A DNA stretch of 24,000 nt from an uncultured Nitrososphaerota archaeon (GTDB taxonomy: Archaea; Thermoproteota; Nitrososphaeria; Conexivisphaerales; DTJL01): assembly GCA_963772005.1 (NCBI GenBank), contig CAVYVS010000026.1, positions 69,380 through 93,379 on the forward strand, given 5' to 3'. The position numbers and the translations under genes are program-made. This document shows positions 8,337 through 15,928 of the stretch, piece after piece. Within the stretch, counting starts at the first letter, position 1. Each line of letters begins with the position of its first letter. Under the pieces are notes generated by a model. It ran no database searches and was not told the DNA's origin. It saw only the letters and a list, made by a program, of their open reading frames with translations.

Positions 8337-9276
8337 ATGTCCGAGAAATTACACCTCCCTATTGTGGTGATAGGGAGCGGCCCGGCCGGCCTTACGGCCG
8401 CGGTGTACGCCGCAAGGGCCGGCTACGCCCCCCTGGTGATAGGAGGCTACGAATTCGGGGGGCAGCTCATGCTCACCACCACCGTCGAGAACTTCACGGG
8501 CTTTCCGGATGGAATCATGGGGCCCGACCTCATGGCCGGCATGCGGAAACAAGCTGAGAACGTCGGGGCCAGGGTCGTCGACCGGAACGTCACGAAGGTT
8601 GATTTCTCGACGAAGCCGTTCAAGATCGACGTGGAAGGAACAGAGTACCTCGCGGACTCCGTAATCGTGGCCACGGGCGCGTCCGCCAGGTGGCTCGGCA
8701 TCAGCTCGGAGGAGAGGTTCAAGGGGAAAGGGGTGTCCTCGTGCGCGGTCTGCGACGGCTCCTTCTTCAAGGCGCAAGACCTCGTCGTGGTGGGCGGAGG
8801 GGACACGGCCATGGAGGACTCACTCTACCTATCCAAGATCGCCGGCAGCGTTACGGTCATCCACCGCAGGGACAAGCTTCGGGCCTCCGGAGATCATGCA
8901 GCGAAGGGCCTTCTCCAACCCCAAGATTCGCTTTGTGTGGAACTCCGTGGTTGAGGAGATCCTGGGAGACAAGAAGGTCGAAGGGGTCAGGGTAAAGGAC
9001 ACGGTGACAGGTGTGGTGTCTCCGATCAAGTGCGGCGGCGTCTTTGTCTCCATCGGCCATCAGCCGAACACTGGAGTATTCCGCGGTCAGATCGACCTCG
9101 ACAAGGCAGGCTACGCCGTCGTCCAAGGCGAGACCCGTTCGAGCAAAGAGGGCGTCTTTCTTGCGGGGGATGTTGCGGACCACGTCTACAGGCAGGCCAT
9201 TACGGCCGCCGGATCGGGGTGCAAGGCGGCACTGGACGCAGTTAGGTTTCTAGAGGCCCAGAAGGACCGTCAGTAG
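8337..9276 (+). CDS. trxB: thioredoxin-disulfide reductase, reading frame interrupted by a single-nt +1 frameshift near 8886-8892
   Basis: The N-terminal part (ATG 8337, frame of ORF 8214..8954) has VVIGSGPAGLTAAVYAAR, the redox-active CAVCDG, VVGGGDTAMEDSLYL and HRRDKLRAS. The C-terminal part (frame of ORF 8896..9276) has (E)IMQRRAFSNPKIRFVWNS...GVFLAGDVADHVYRQAITAAGSGCKAAL. The upstream extension of the track ORF overlaps metG and is spurious. Confidence 0.9.
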
Positions 9277-10385
9277 AAGCTCGAGAGGTCCGTCTGGCCT
9301 TCAGTGCTCTTCAGCGAAGCCACGTGGACGCTCAACCGCCGGATCAGCAGGTCCGGCTCGTCTTCCAGGAGTTCGGTCACCAGCTCCCTCCCAACCCTGA
9401 CTATGGCACCGACGCCCCTCTCTTCACCCTTCATGGTGCGGCTTCTGCTGTGGGCCTTCAGGGTGGCGTTGTCGATGGCGGTTATGCCTACACTCTTGTA
9501 GGATAGTTCGGATGCCACCAGCTCCTCGGCTACTTCGGCAGCCATCCCTTCGAGAGCTTTGGAGATCAGCTCTATGTCTCGACTGTCCTCCTTCAATGTC
9601 ACCATCCGACCCACCTGCTCCCTCTTCCAGTTTCTCAGCGGCTTTTCGTCCGTGCCCTTGGAGGCCAGGAAGAAGTATAGCCCCAGGTTTCGGCCGAATT
9701 GCTCCTGCAGCTGGGTGACGGGAAGGTTGGAGAGTTCGGCGATGGTCTTGGCTCCGATCTTCTCGAGCTTGCCTGCGGTCTTCTTCCCCACGCCATAGAG
9801 CCTGTCCACCGGGAGCGAGCCGAACTGACCCATGAACTCGCCTTCCCTGACGGCCAGTAGGCCATTGGGCTTCGCCTTGTCGCTGGCCATCTTGGCCGTC
9901 AACATGTTGGGGCCGATGCCGACGCTGCAGGTCAGGCCTATCTCCTTCAGGACGGCCTCTCTCACATTCTGGCCGATGGATTCGGCCTTTACGTAGTCGC
10001 CTCCGGCTCTCAGGCTGATGTCCAAGTAGGCTTCGTCGATGCTTTCGGGAGATATCTTGTCAGCCAGGCCCCTGAGGAGCGCCATCGTCCTTCCGGAAAC
10101 GTCCTCGTAGAACGAGAAGTCGGGCGGGAGGAAGGCCGAGTCCACCCCTTTCAACAGCTCCTTCGCCCTGAAAATGGCGATGCCGGACCTCACGCCATGG
10201 TCCCTCGCGACGTAGTTGCAGGTGGCCACGGCCCCGCTGTCTTCGGTTCTCCCCGAGAACATGCAGACGACCACCGGCTTGGTCTTCAGGGTGGGATCCC
10301 TCACTTCCTCGCACTGGGCATAGAAGTAGTCCATGTCCACGGCCGCGATGATTCGCCGCTGGCTGGCCGGCGGTCCTCCGGGCAA
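9270..10385 (-). CDS. dinB: Y-family DNA polymerase IV (Dpo4/Dbh/DinB type)
   Basis: 371 aa with IIAAVDMDYFYAQCEEVRDP (catalytic DxD region), SIDEAYLDIS, the helix-hairpin-helix LPVDRLYGVGKKTAGKL and a little-finger domain. The TTG start at 10385 lies 29.5 nt from TAATATAA (10411-10418). Confidence 0.88.
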   Translation of the reverse strand: MPGGPPASQRRIIAAVDMDYFYAQCEEVRDPTLKTKPVVVCMFSGRTEDSGAVATCNYVARDHGVRSGIAIFRAKELLKGVDSAFLPPDFSFYEDVSGRTMALLRGLADKISPESIDEAYLDISLRAGGDYVKAESIGQNVREAVLKEIGLTCSVGIGPNMLTAKMASDKAKPNGLLAVREGEFMGQFGSLPVDRLYGVGKKTAGKLEKIGAKTIAELSNLPVTQLQEQFGRNLGLYFFLASKGTDEKPLRNWKREQVGRMVTLKEDSRDIELISKALEGMAAEVAEELVASELSYKSVGITAIDNATLKAHSRSRTMKGEERGVGAIVRVGRELVTELLEDEPDLLIRRLSVHVASLKSTEGQTDLSSFY

Positions 10386-10440
10386 TCTCCTCGTCCTTGA
10401 GAAGCTTGCCTAATATAACCTTCGAGGGCGCATTTCAATA

Positions 10441-10450
10441 AGCTAAATAA
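10441..10450 (+). promoter_or_regulatory. TATA box for tRNA-Leu (AGCTAAATAA)
   Basis: An A/T island centred ~30 nt upstream of the mature tRNA 5' end at 10477. Confidence 0.45.
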
Positions 10451-10476
10451 CTTCGCGGGGGGAAAGCTCACCCGTC

Positions 10477-10564
10477 GCGGGGGTCGCCCAGCCTGGCCAA
10501 AGGCGTCGGGCTTAGGACCCGATCTCGTAGGAGTTCGTGGGTTCGAATCCCACCCCCCGCACCA
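10477..10564 (+). tRNA. tRNA-Leu (anticodon UAG), class II with long variable arm, CCA encoded
   Basis: Acceptor stem GCGGGGG/CCCCCGC. D arm GCC-CAGCCTGGCCAAA-GGC. Anticodon stem TCGGG/CCCGA with loop CTTAGGA (anticodon TAG). Variable stem-loop CTC-GTAG-GAG. T arm GTGGG-TTCGAAT-CCCAC. Discriminator A followed by CCA. Confidence 0.9.
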
Positions 10565-10730
10565 AAGTCCCCCTCAGCCCATGCCTCCGTGGCCGCCGTG
10601 GGCACCTCGGATGCTCTTGCATCATCAGTTCGTCGGGCCCCCACCGGCTCCTGTCAGGGACGTTGGCTCTGAGCGGCGTTTGACGATGAGCCTGACTCCG
10701 TGAATCATACGCTAGGCGTGAAGGCAGTCA

Positions 10731-11897
10731 CTATTTGGACAATGAACGAAGTTTGGCTCCCCTTGCCAGGACGAGGAGAACAAGTGGGACCAAAGGAAGT
10801 GTACCCACTAGGGTCCAGCCAAGGCTCCAGGAGATGGTCGAAGCCAGCGAGAGCATGGGAGCGACCCACATCCCGATGAGCATGTGGAAAGTGTTGACGA
10901 CGGCGAGATAGGAAGTGGGGTCGCTCCCTTCGAGATCGACCAGAAAGGCGTACAGCATCGATATGCCGAAGTCATTGAAGAAGCCTACCAAGACCAGCGA
11001 AACGATGATGGCGTCGACTCGACCCGTGCCGATCATGACGGCAGGCAGAATCGCCGGAACTGCACCCAGCGCCAAGAGCAGACGCTTGTTCCTGAACCTG
11101 CCGTAGAAGACGCTCATGAAACTCCCCACTATGCTGGGGAAGAGGAGGATGGAAGACGTCAAGCCCGAAATCGAGACGGATGTTCCCAGGGCGATCTGCT
11201 CGTAGGACGGCAAGAGCTGTCCTATCGCGAAGTAGGCACCCCACACACCCGCATAGGATAGGCCCACGGCCAGGACCACCCTGTTCCTTAGAGTCTTGCC
11301 TACGCCCAAAAGGCGCGGAGGGGGCGAATAGTTCTCGTTTCGGACTACGACGAAGTTCAGCGCGGCCATGATGACGGCCACGAGCCCGCCGAGCTCGGTG
11401 GCTAGCTCCCACCCCAGGGCCTGGTCGAATACCCCCCAGACCAACCCCACTCCTCCTCCCATGGCGAAAAAGGCGTTGTAGAGGCCCATGACGGTTCCGG
11501 GCTTGGTGGGATAGAGATCGGAGAGGACCCCGCCGGCGGAAGCGAAGAACATCGCCGCTCCTACTCCTGAAATCATCCGAGTGGCGAAGAGCCAGAAAGT
11601 GGACACGTTCAGGGGGAGGAAAATGTTGCCTGCAGCGAGCATGAAGAGCCCCAAGATGTACGTCCGGGTGGGGCTGAGCTTTTGCGCCAAGTAGACAGAT
11701 GGGATCTGAGCCACTCCGGCAGCCCCGAAGAAGGCCACAGGTATCAGCCCCAGGAGGCTGGTCGGCACGTTTCCCTGTGCCGCGATCTGCGGCAGGGCAG
11801 GGGATATGAGGAACCATTGGAGGCTGTAGGTAAGCCTCCCCGCCAGGATGAAGGCGGCCTTCAAGTCCCTTCCCTGCGTCACGGCCCTAGTCTCCAA
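10731..11897 (-). CDS. MFS-type transporter (substrate unknown)
   Basis: 388 aa, about 12 predicted hydrophobic helices, glycine-rich MFS-like loops. TTG start, with ATATTTAAG (11927-11935) upstream. Confidence 0.78.
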   Translation of the reverse strand: METRAVTQGRDLKAAFILAGRLTYSLQWFLISPALPQIAAQGNVPTSLLGLIPVAFFGAAGVAQIPSVYLAQKLSPTRTYILGLFMLAAGNIFLPLNVSTFWLFATRMISGVGAAMFFASAGGVLSDLYPTKPGTVMGLYNAFFAMGGGVGLVWGVFDQALGWELATELGGLVAVIMAALNFVVVRNENYSPPPRLLGVGKTLRNRVVLAVGLSYAGVWGAYFAIGQLLPSYEQIALGTSVSISGLTSSILLFPSIVGSFMSVFYGRFRNKRLLLALGAVPAILPAVMIGTGRVDAIIVSLVLVGFFNDFGISMLYAFLVDLEGSDPTSYLAVVNTFHMLIGMWVAPMLSLASTISWSLGWTLVGTLPLVPLVLLVLARGAKLRSLSK

Positions 11898-12133
11898 GGA
11901 GGTCTTTCAGCTCGGTCTGCGCGGGGATATTTAAGCGCTCGAGAGGAAGGAGGGCACCTGTCGAAAGAAGTCGAGCGGACACCGGGCCGCAGACGAGCTC
12001 AGCAGAAGGCTCCCAGCCTAGATGCGCCGGTCCGGGCCGCCAAACGCTTCACGACCGCTTCTGTCCCTTCTCACAAAGAATCCTTTATGTGTCAGCGATT
12101 CGGATGATATACCGCTGCAAGGGCAAAGCCACC

Positions 12134-13384
12134 ATGGAGCGACTTTTCAATAACGAGTCAATCAACCGCAACGTCGCCGTGCTGGGGATAACGTCTGCAG
12201 TATCGACGTTTTCAATAACCCTCTGGCAAGGCTGGCTCCCCCTCCTGCTGCAAGGGCGTCTGCCGAGCGTGCTGCTCGTTGGCGGATCGTTCTCGATCTT
12301 CGGCCTCGTGACCGCCGTTGCCTATCTAGTCGCCGGTCCCCTCGGGGACGGCTACGGCCGAAAGGAAGTCATCGTGGTCAGCTCCTACCTCCTCGGACTT
12401 GCCCCCATACTCCTGTTGTTCTCAAACAACCTCCTGCTCATAGCCGCGTTGATGCTGTTCTATTGGGCCCAGACCGCGCTGCAACCTAACTTCAGGGCCA
12501 TGGTCATGGACGCCATCAAGCCGGCTTTCCGAGGCAGAGCCTTCGGCATCTTCACATCATTGGCCGCGAGCGTCTCGGCTCTTGCCCTTTTGCTCTCGGG
12601 CTTCGCCCTGTCGCTGACAAGCCCCTCCTCCCAGGGCGCCTACAGCCAGAGCGCGCTCTCCCCCTTCTTCATCTTCAGCGGCATAGCCATACTCAGCGTG
12701 GCCGTGGTGAGGACGCTCCTCCTACGTGAGACCTTCGGTTCCGGGGCCAAGGGCCTGCAAGGGTTCAAGGCCAACGTCACCAAGAACCTGGAACCGCTGA
12801 GAAGGAAGACCATGCGGGTTCCGACGGCCGCCTACATACTTCACGATGCCGCCATGAGCCTGGTGCTCTTTCTCGCCCCCATTTACGCCGTCGAGCAGGC
12901 TTCGATGGCGCCCTGGGCCGTGGGGGCGATGCTGGCTTCACCACTGGTCCTGCTTTTCGTCTTCCAGATCCCCTTCGGGCGCTTCGCTGACCTCAGGGGG
13001 AGGACATGGGTCATCTCGATCAGTTTCGTCCTCGAGGCCATATTCGCGACGGCCTTCGTCTTGTACAGGAACATGCTCTACGTGTTCCTGGTCTACGTGG
13101 CCTGGATGGGCCTGGGCCAGATGGACGCCCCTGCCCAAGTGGCGCTGCTGGCAGACCTCTCCAGCATAGAAGAGCGGGCGACTGTGATGGGAGGGTTCGG
13201 CGGGCTGACGACGCTGGCGGCCATACCTGCTCCGCTCGTAGGTGGCTACTTGTACAGCAGTTCCGTCCCATATCCGTTCTTCCTATGCTCCGCTCTTCTC
13301 TGCGTCTCCACGGTCCTGATCCTGTACTACCGGTTCAAGACCCGTAAGAGGCTTGGGCCTCGACCATCTTCACTACCGCTTTGA
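12134..13384 (+). CDS. MFS-type transporter (substrate unknown)
   Basis: About 416 aa from ATG 12134 (MERLFNNESINRNVAVLGITSAV). It has a polytopic profile with the MFS loop motif GPLGDGYGRKEV (the D-R/K-x-G-R-R/K type) and FGRFADLRGR in the second half. The track start 12089 (GTG) or ATG 12104 are alternatives. Confidence 0.8.
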   Translation: MERLFNNESINRNVAVLGITSAVSTFSITLWQGWLPLLLQGRLPSVLLVGGSFSIFGLVTAVAYLVAGPLGDGYGRKEVIVVSSYLLGLAPILLLFSNNLLLIAALMLFYWAQTALQPNFRAMVMDAIKPAFRGRAFGIFTSLAASVSALALLLSGFALSLTSPSSQGAYSQSALSPFFIFSGIAILSVAVVRTLLLRETFGSGAKGLQGFKANVTKNLEPLRRKTMRVPTAAYILHDAAMSLVLFLAPIYAVEQASMAPWAVGAMLASPLVLLFVFQIPFGRFADLRGRTWVISISFVLEAIFATAFVLYRNMLYVFLVYVAWMGLGQMDAPAQVALLADLSSIEERATVMGGFGGLTTLAAIPAPLVGGYLYSSSVPYPFFLCSALLCVSTVLILYYRFKTRKRLGPRPSSLPL

Positions 13385-13904
13385 GGTCCTCCACCAGGGC
13401 CTCCAGTAGTTGTGGCCGTCCGTGCAGCGCGACGGCGGGATGGTAGGTGATGTAAAGCGAGGCAGCCCTGTATGTTCCGGTTGGACCCCTCTGCAGGCTC
13501 CCCTTCTTGCCCGTCACCGCCATCTGGGCGGTGCGGCCCAGGAGGACCACCACTCCCGGCTTGATGGCATCAACTTGTCTTTCGAGGTAACCGATGCACT
13601 CTTTCAACTCGTCGTCCTTCGGCACCCGGTTGTCCGGCGGCCTGCACTTCACCACGCTGGTGATGAACAGATTATCCCGCCGCAGGCCGGCCGAAGCAAG
13701 GGCCCTTTCTAGGACCTTCCCCGCCTGGCCCATAAAGGGACGGCCCACCATGTCCTCCCTCCTGCCCGGCGCCTCCCCCACTATCATTATCCTAGCTGAG
13801 GGGGCGCCCTCGCCGGGGACCGCTTTGGTGCGACTCTGGCAGAGGCGGCACTTTGTGCAAGCGGAGACCTCCCTAGCTACGGCGGATAGCTCACGTTTCG
13901 TCAT
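13335..13904 (-). CDS. udg: uracil-DNA glycosylase, family 4 (Fe-S type)
   Basis: 189 aa with CTKCRLCQSRTKAVPGEG, IMIVGEAPGRRED, GRPFMGQAGKVL and HPAVALH, the typical family-4 UDG motifs. Its start overlaps the upstream JAMM gene by 14 nt. Confidence 0.85.
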   Translation of the reverse strand: MTKRELSAVAREVSACTKCRLCQSRTKAVPGEGAPSARIMIVGEAPGRREDMVGRPFMGQAGKVLERALASAGLRRDNLFITSVVKCRPPDNRVPKDDELKECIGYLERQVDAIKPGVVVLLGRTAQMAVTGKKGSLQRGPTGTYRAASLYITYHPAVALHGRPQLLEALVEDLKAVVKMVEAQASYGS

Positions 13905-14280
13905 CGACCAGGTCCCAGCTCACGGGGTTTGCCTTGGAATCGTACACCGCGATGCAGTCCGGACCGACGAAGGGATATGCGACGATCATCATCACCGAGC
14001 CGTAAATGTGGAGAGTGTCCTGCAGCGAGGGGTTCTTCGAGCCGGACGGGTGGGAGTGGGCAGTGCCCACAATGGACGCGTCAATGGGCACCTGATATCG
14101 GTTGAAGGTCGAAGAAGAGTGGGCCCCCGTCATGAACGGGGCGAAGACCACCTGGTGGATGAGCAGGACATCCTTGGTCTTCTTGGCCCTGAGTAGCACT
14201 ATCATCTCGTTGGGGTACTGGTCCTTTGAAAAGGCCAGAAGCGACTCTGCCAGGGTCTTAGTCAGCTGTACGCGAGTCAC
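13891..14280 (-). CDS. minimal JAMM/MPN+ metalloprotease (Mov34 family, AfJAMM-like)
   Basis: 129 aa from an in-frame GTG at 14280 that overlaps the stop of the upstream gene (TAGTG). It has a complete JAMM motif, E (NEMIVLL) ... HSHPSGSKNPSLQD (H-x-H-x7-S-x2-D). The N-terminal 56 aa of track ORF 13891..14448 overlap the fumarase beta gene and look non-coding. Confidence 0.78.
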   Translation of the reverse strand: MTRVQLTKTLAESLLAFSKDQYPNEMIVLLRAKKTKDVLLIHQVVFAPFMTGAHSSSTFNRYQVPIDASIVGTAHSHPSGSKNPSLQDTLHIYGSVMMIVAYPFVGPDCIAVYDSKANPVSWDLVDDET

Positions 14281-14882
14281 TATGTGGATATCCCCATCAT
14301 CTTGTAGGCTTCTGCGAGGTTGGTCTTGACCCTGGACCTCACTTCTTCGTAGTAGTTGTGGCCTTCCGAGTCTATGATGACGGTCAGGGGGCCGAAGTCT
14401 TCGACCTCTAGTATCCATAGGGCCTCGGGCGAGCCCAGGTCGAGCCACTCCACTCCCTTGACCTTCTTTATGGATTTCGCCGCGAGCGCCCCGGCGCCGC
14501 CGGTGTATATCGTATAGGCCGTTCCCAGCTTCTTACATGCCTCGGCTGTCTTGGCTCCCATGCCACCCTTCCCGATGACTAGCTTGGCGCCGGTCTTCTC
14601 GAGGAAGTCGGCTTCGTAGGTCTCGATCCTTGCCGAAGTGGTCGGGCCGGCCGATATGATCTCCCAGCTATCCCCCCTCTTCCTGACCACGGGACCCATG
14701 TGATAGACGGCCAGCCCATGGAAGTCGACAGGAAGGCGCTCCCCTTTCCCAAGGAGCTCCAGAACCCGCCTGTGGGCGGCGTCCCTTGCCGTGATGACGG
14801 TGCCGGTCAGGTAGACGATGTCGCCGGTGCGCAGCTTCCTTGGCTCGTCGCCCATGGGCGTGGTGAACTTGTATTCGACCAT
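14280..14882 (-). CDS. class I (Fe-S) fumarate hydratase / tartrate dehydratase family, beta subunit
   Basis: 200 aa with LRTGDIVYLTGTVITARDAAHRR, GPTTSARIE and GKGGMG, typical of the Fe-S hydro-lyase C-terminal (beta) domain. A GGGAGG Shine-Dalgarno lies 9 nt upstream of ATG 14882. Confidence 0.85.
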   Translation of the reverse strand: MVEYKFTTPMGDEPRKLRTGDIVYLTGTVITARDAAHRRVLELLGKGERLPVDFHGLAVYHMGPVVRKRGDSWEIISAGPTTSARIETYEADFLEKTGAKLVIGKGGMGAKTAEACKKLGTAYTIYTGGAGALAAKSIKKVKGVEWLDLGSPEALWILEVEDFGPLTVIIDSEGHNYYEEVRSRVKTNLAEAYKMMGIST

Positions 14883-14884
14883 CT

Positions 14885-15793
14885 TCAGGCGCCTCCCTTG
14901 TTGAGGAACGGGTGAGTGAGGAATTCTACCCTTCCCCCTGGGAACACCCTCATGGTGCTCCTCCGGTCCTCCCAGCAGGCGGTTGCGACGCCCACGGCGA
15001 ACGATGCAGGGTGGCGGTTTACGGCATCGATGTGGACGTCAAGGGCGGTGGTCGCACCTCCAACTCCATGGGGGCCCCAGCCTAGCTTGTTTATGGCTTC
15101 AAGGAGAGATGTTTCGATCTTGGAGAGTTCGGGGTCGACATTTCGCTCGCCCACCTCCCGTTGCAGGGACTTCTTCGCCAGCTTCATGGCGATGTCGGCC
15201 GTGGGTCCTAGCCCGATGCCGACTATGACGGGCGGGCAGGGCTTCGGTCCCTGCTCGAAGATGTCGTCCAGCACGATCTTGTAGACTCCCTTCATGCCCT
15301 CGGCGGGGGGGATGACCTTGGCCAAGCTGGGCGACTCGCTCCCTCCTCCCTTCAACACGACGGTCACGTCGGCCGTGTCGAGGCCAGGGACGATCTCCCA
15401 TTCAATCCAAGGGATCCGGTCCGCCGTGTTGTTCCCGGAGTTCTTCCCTGTGAGTATGTTCACGGAATTTGGCCTGAGCGGAGCCTCGGCCGTCGCTTTG
15501 ACCGTTGCGCCTCTGAGGGCGCCCTCGAGCAGCCCAAGGTAGGGGAACCGGTCCCCGGCTCTGACGTAGAAGATGACCGTTCCTGTGTCTTGGCAGGAGG
15601 GCCTACCTTCGACTTCGGCGATCTCCAGGTTCTTGAGCATCGAGCCGATGACCTTCTTGGGCAGCTCTGTGGGCTCGTTGTCTTGGGCTCGCTTAAGGGC
15701 CGACTTCACGTCGGCAGGCAGGTAGATGGCCGCGGTCGTTATGAGTTTCACGGCGGCTCCGGAAATCTGATCCTCGACGCTCTCCTGGCTCAT
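14885..15793 (-). CDS. class I (Fe-S) fumarate hydratase / tartrate dehydratase family, alpha subunit
   Basis: 302 aa with PSCQDTGTVIFYV, KGGGSES and CPPVIVGIGLGPTAD, the Fe-S hydro-lyase alpha domain motifs. Its stop lies 2 nt before the beta subunit start. Confidence 0.85.
   Translation of the reverse strand: MSQESVEDQISGAAVKLITTAAIYLPADVKSALKRAQDNEPTELPKKVIGSMLKNLEIAEVEGRPSCQDTGTVIFYVRAGDRFPYLGLLEGALRGATVKATAEAPLRPNSVNILTGKNSGNNTADRIPWIEWEIVPGLDTADVTVVLKGGGSESPSLAKVIPPAEGMKGVYKIVLDDIFEQGPKPCPPVIVGIGLGPTADIAMKLAKKSLQREVGERNVDPELSKIETSLLEAINKLGWGPHGVGGATTALDVHIDAVNRHPASFAVGVATACWEDRRSTMRVFPGGRVEFLTHPFLNKGGA
14892..14897 (-). promoter_or_regulatory. Shine-Dalgarno (GGGAGG) for the fumarate hydratase beta subunit
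   Basis: The minus strand reads AAGGGAGGCGCCTGAAGATG. The Shine-Dalgarno sits inside the end of the alpha subunit gene. Confidence 0.5.
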
Positions 15794-15816
15794 TGGGGCG
15801 AGATGGGGCGTCAGTG

Positions 15817-15824
15817 GGATATAT
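15817..15824 (-). promoter_or_regulatory. TATA element GATATATC upstream of the fumarase-JAMM-UDG operon
   Basis: A palindromic A/T element centred 27 nt upstream of ATG 15793. Confidence 0.4.
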
Positions 15825-15868
15825 CGGTTGCTCGTCGGGCCAAAGGTGGAGCAGGGGCAAATAGACAG

Positions 15869-15881
15869 AAAAAATAAATAT
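15869..15881 (+). promoter_or_regulatory. TATA box / promoter of the thermosome gene (AAAAAATAAATAT)
   Basis: A strong A/T island ~50 nt upstream of ATG 15929. It contains the same 10-mer AAATAAATAT as the metG promoter. AGGTGA (15921-15926) lies in the short leader. Confidence 0.5.
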
Positions 15882-15928
15882 GAGCCTTAGAAACACAAAT
15901 CCGCAAAAATCCCTTTTCATAGGTGAGA

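Noticed and set aside
10570-10632. A possible C/D box sRNA on the minus strand next to tRNA-Leu, with UGAUGA (rc of 10622-10627) and CUGA (rc of 10574-10577) 44 nt apart.
   Set aside because: There are no convincing internal D' or C' boxes and no terminal stem pairing the flanks, and the spacing is slightly long. A C box and a D box alone are expected by chance.
10580-10702. A 40-codon + strand ORF (MPPWPPWAPRMLLHHQFVGPPPAPV...) in the gap after the tRNA.
   Set aside because: It is proline-rich with non-protein-like composition, has no promoter spacing like the real genes, and is too short to evaluate.
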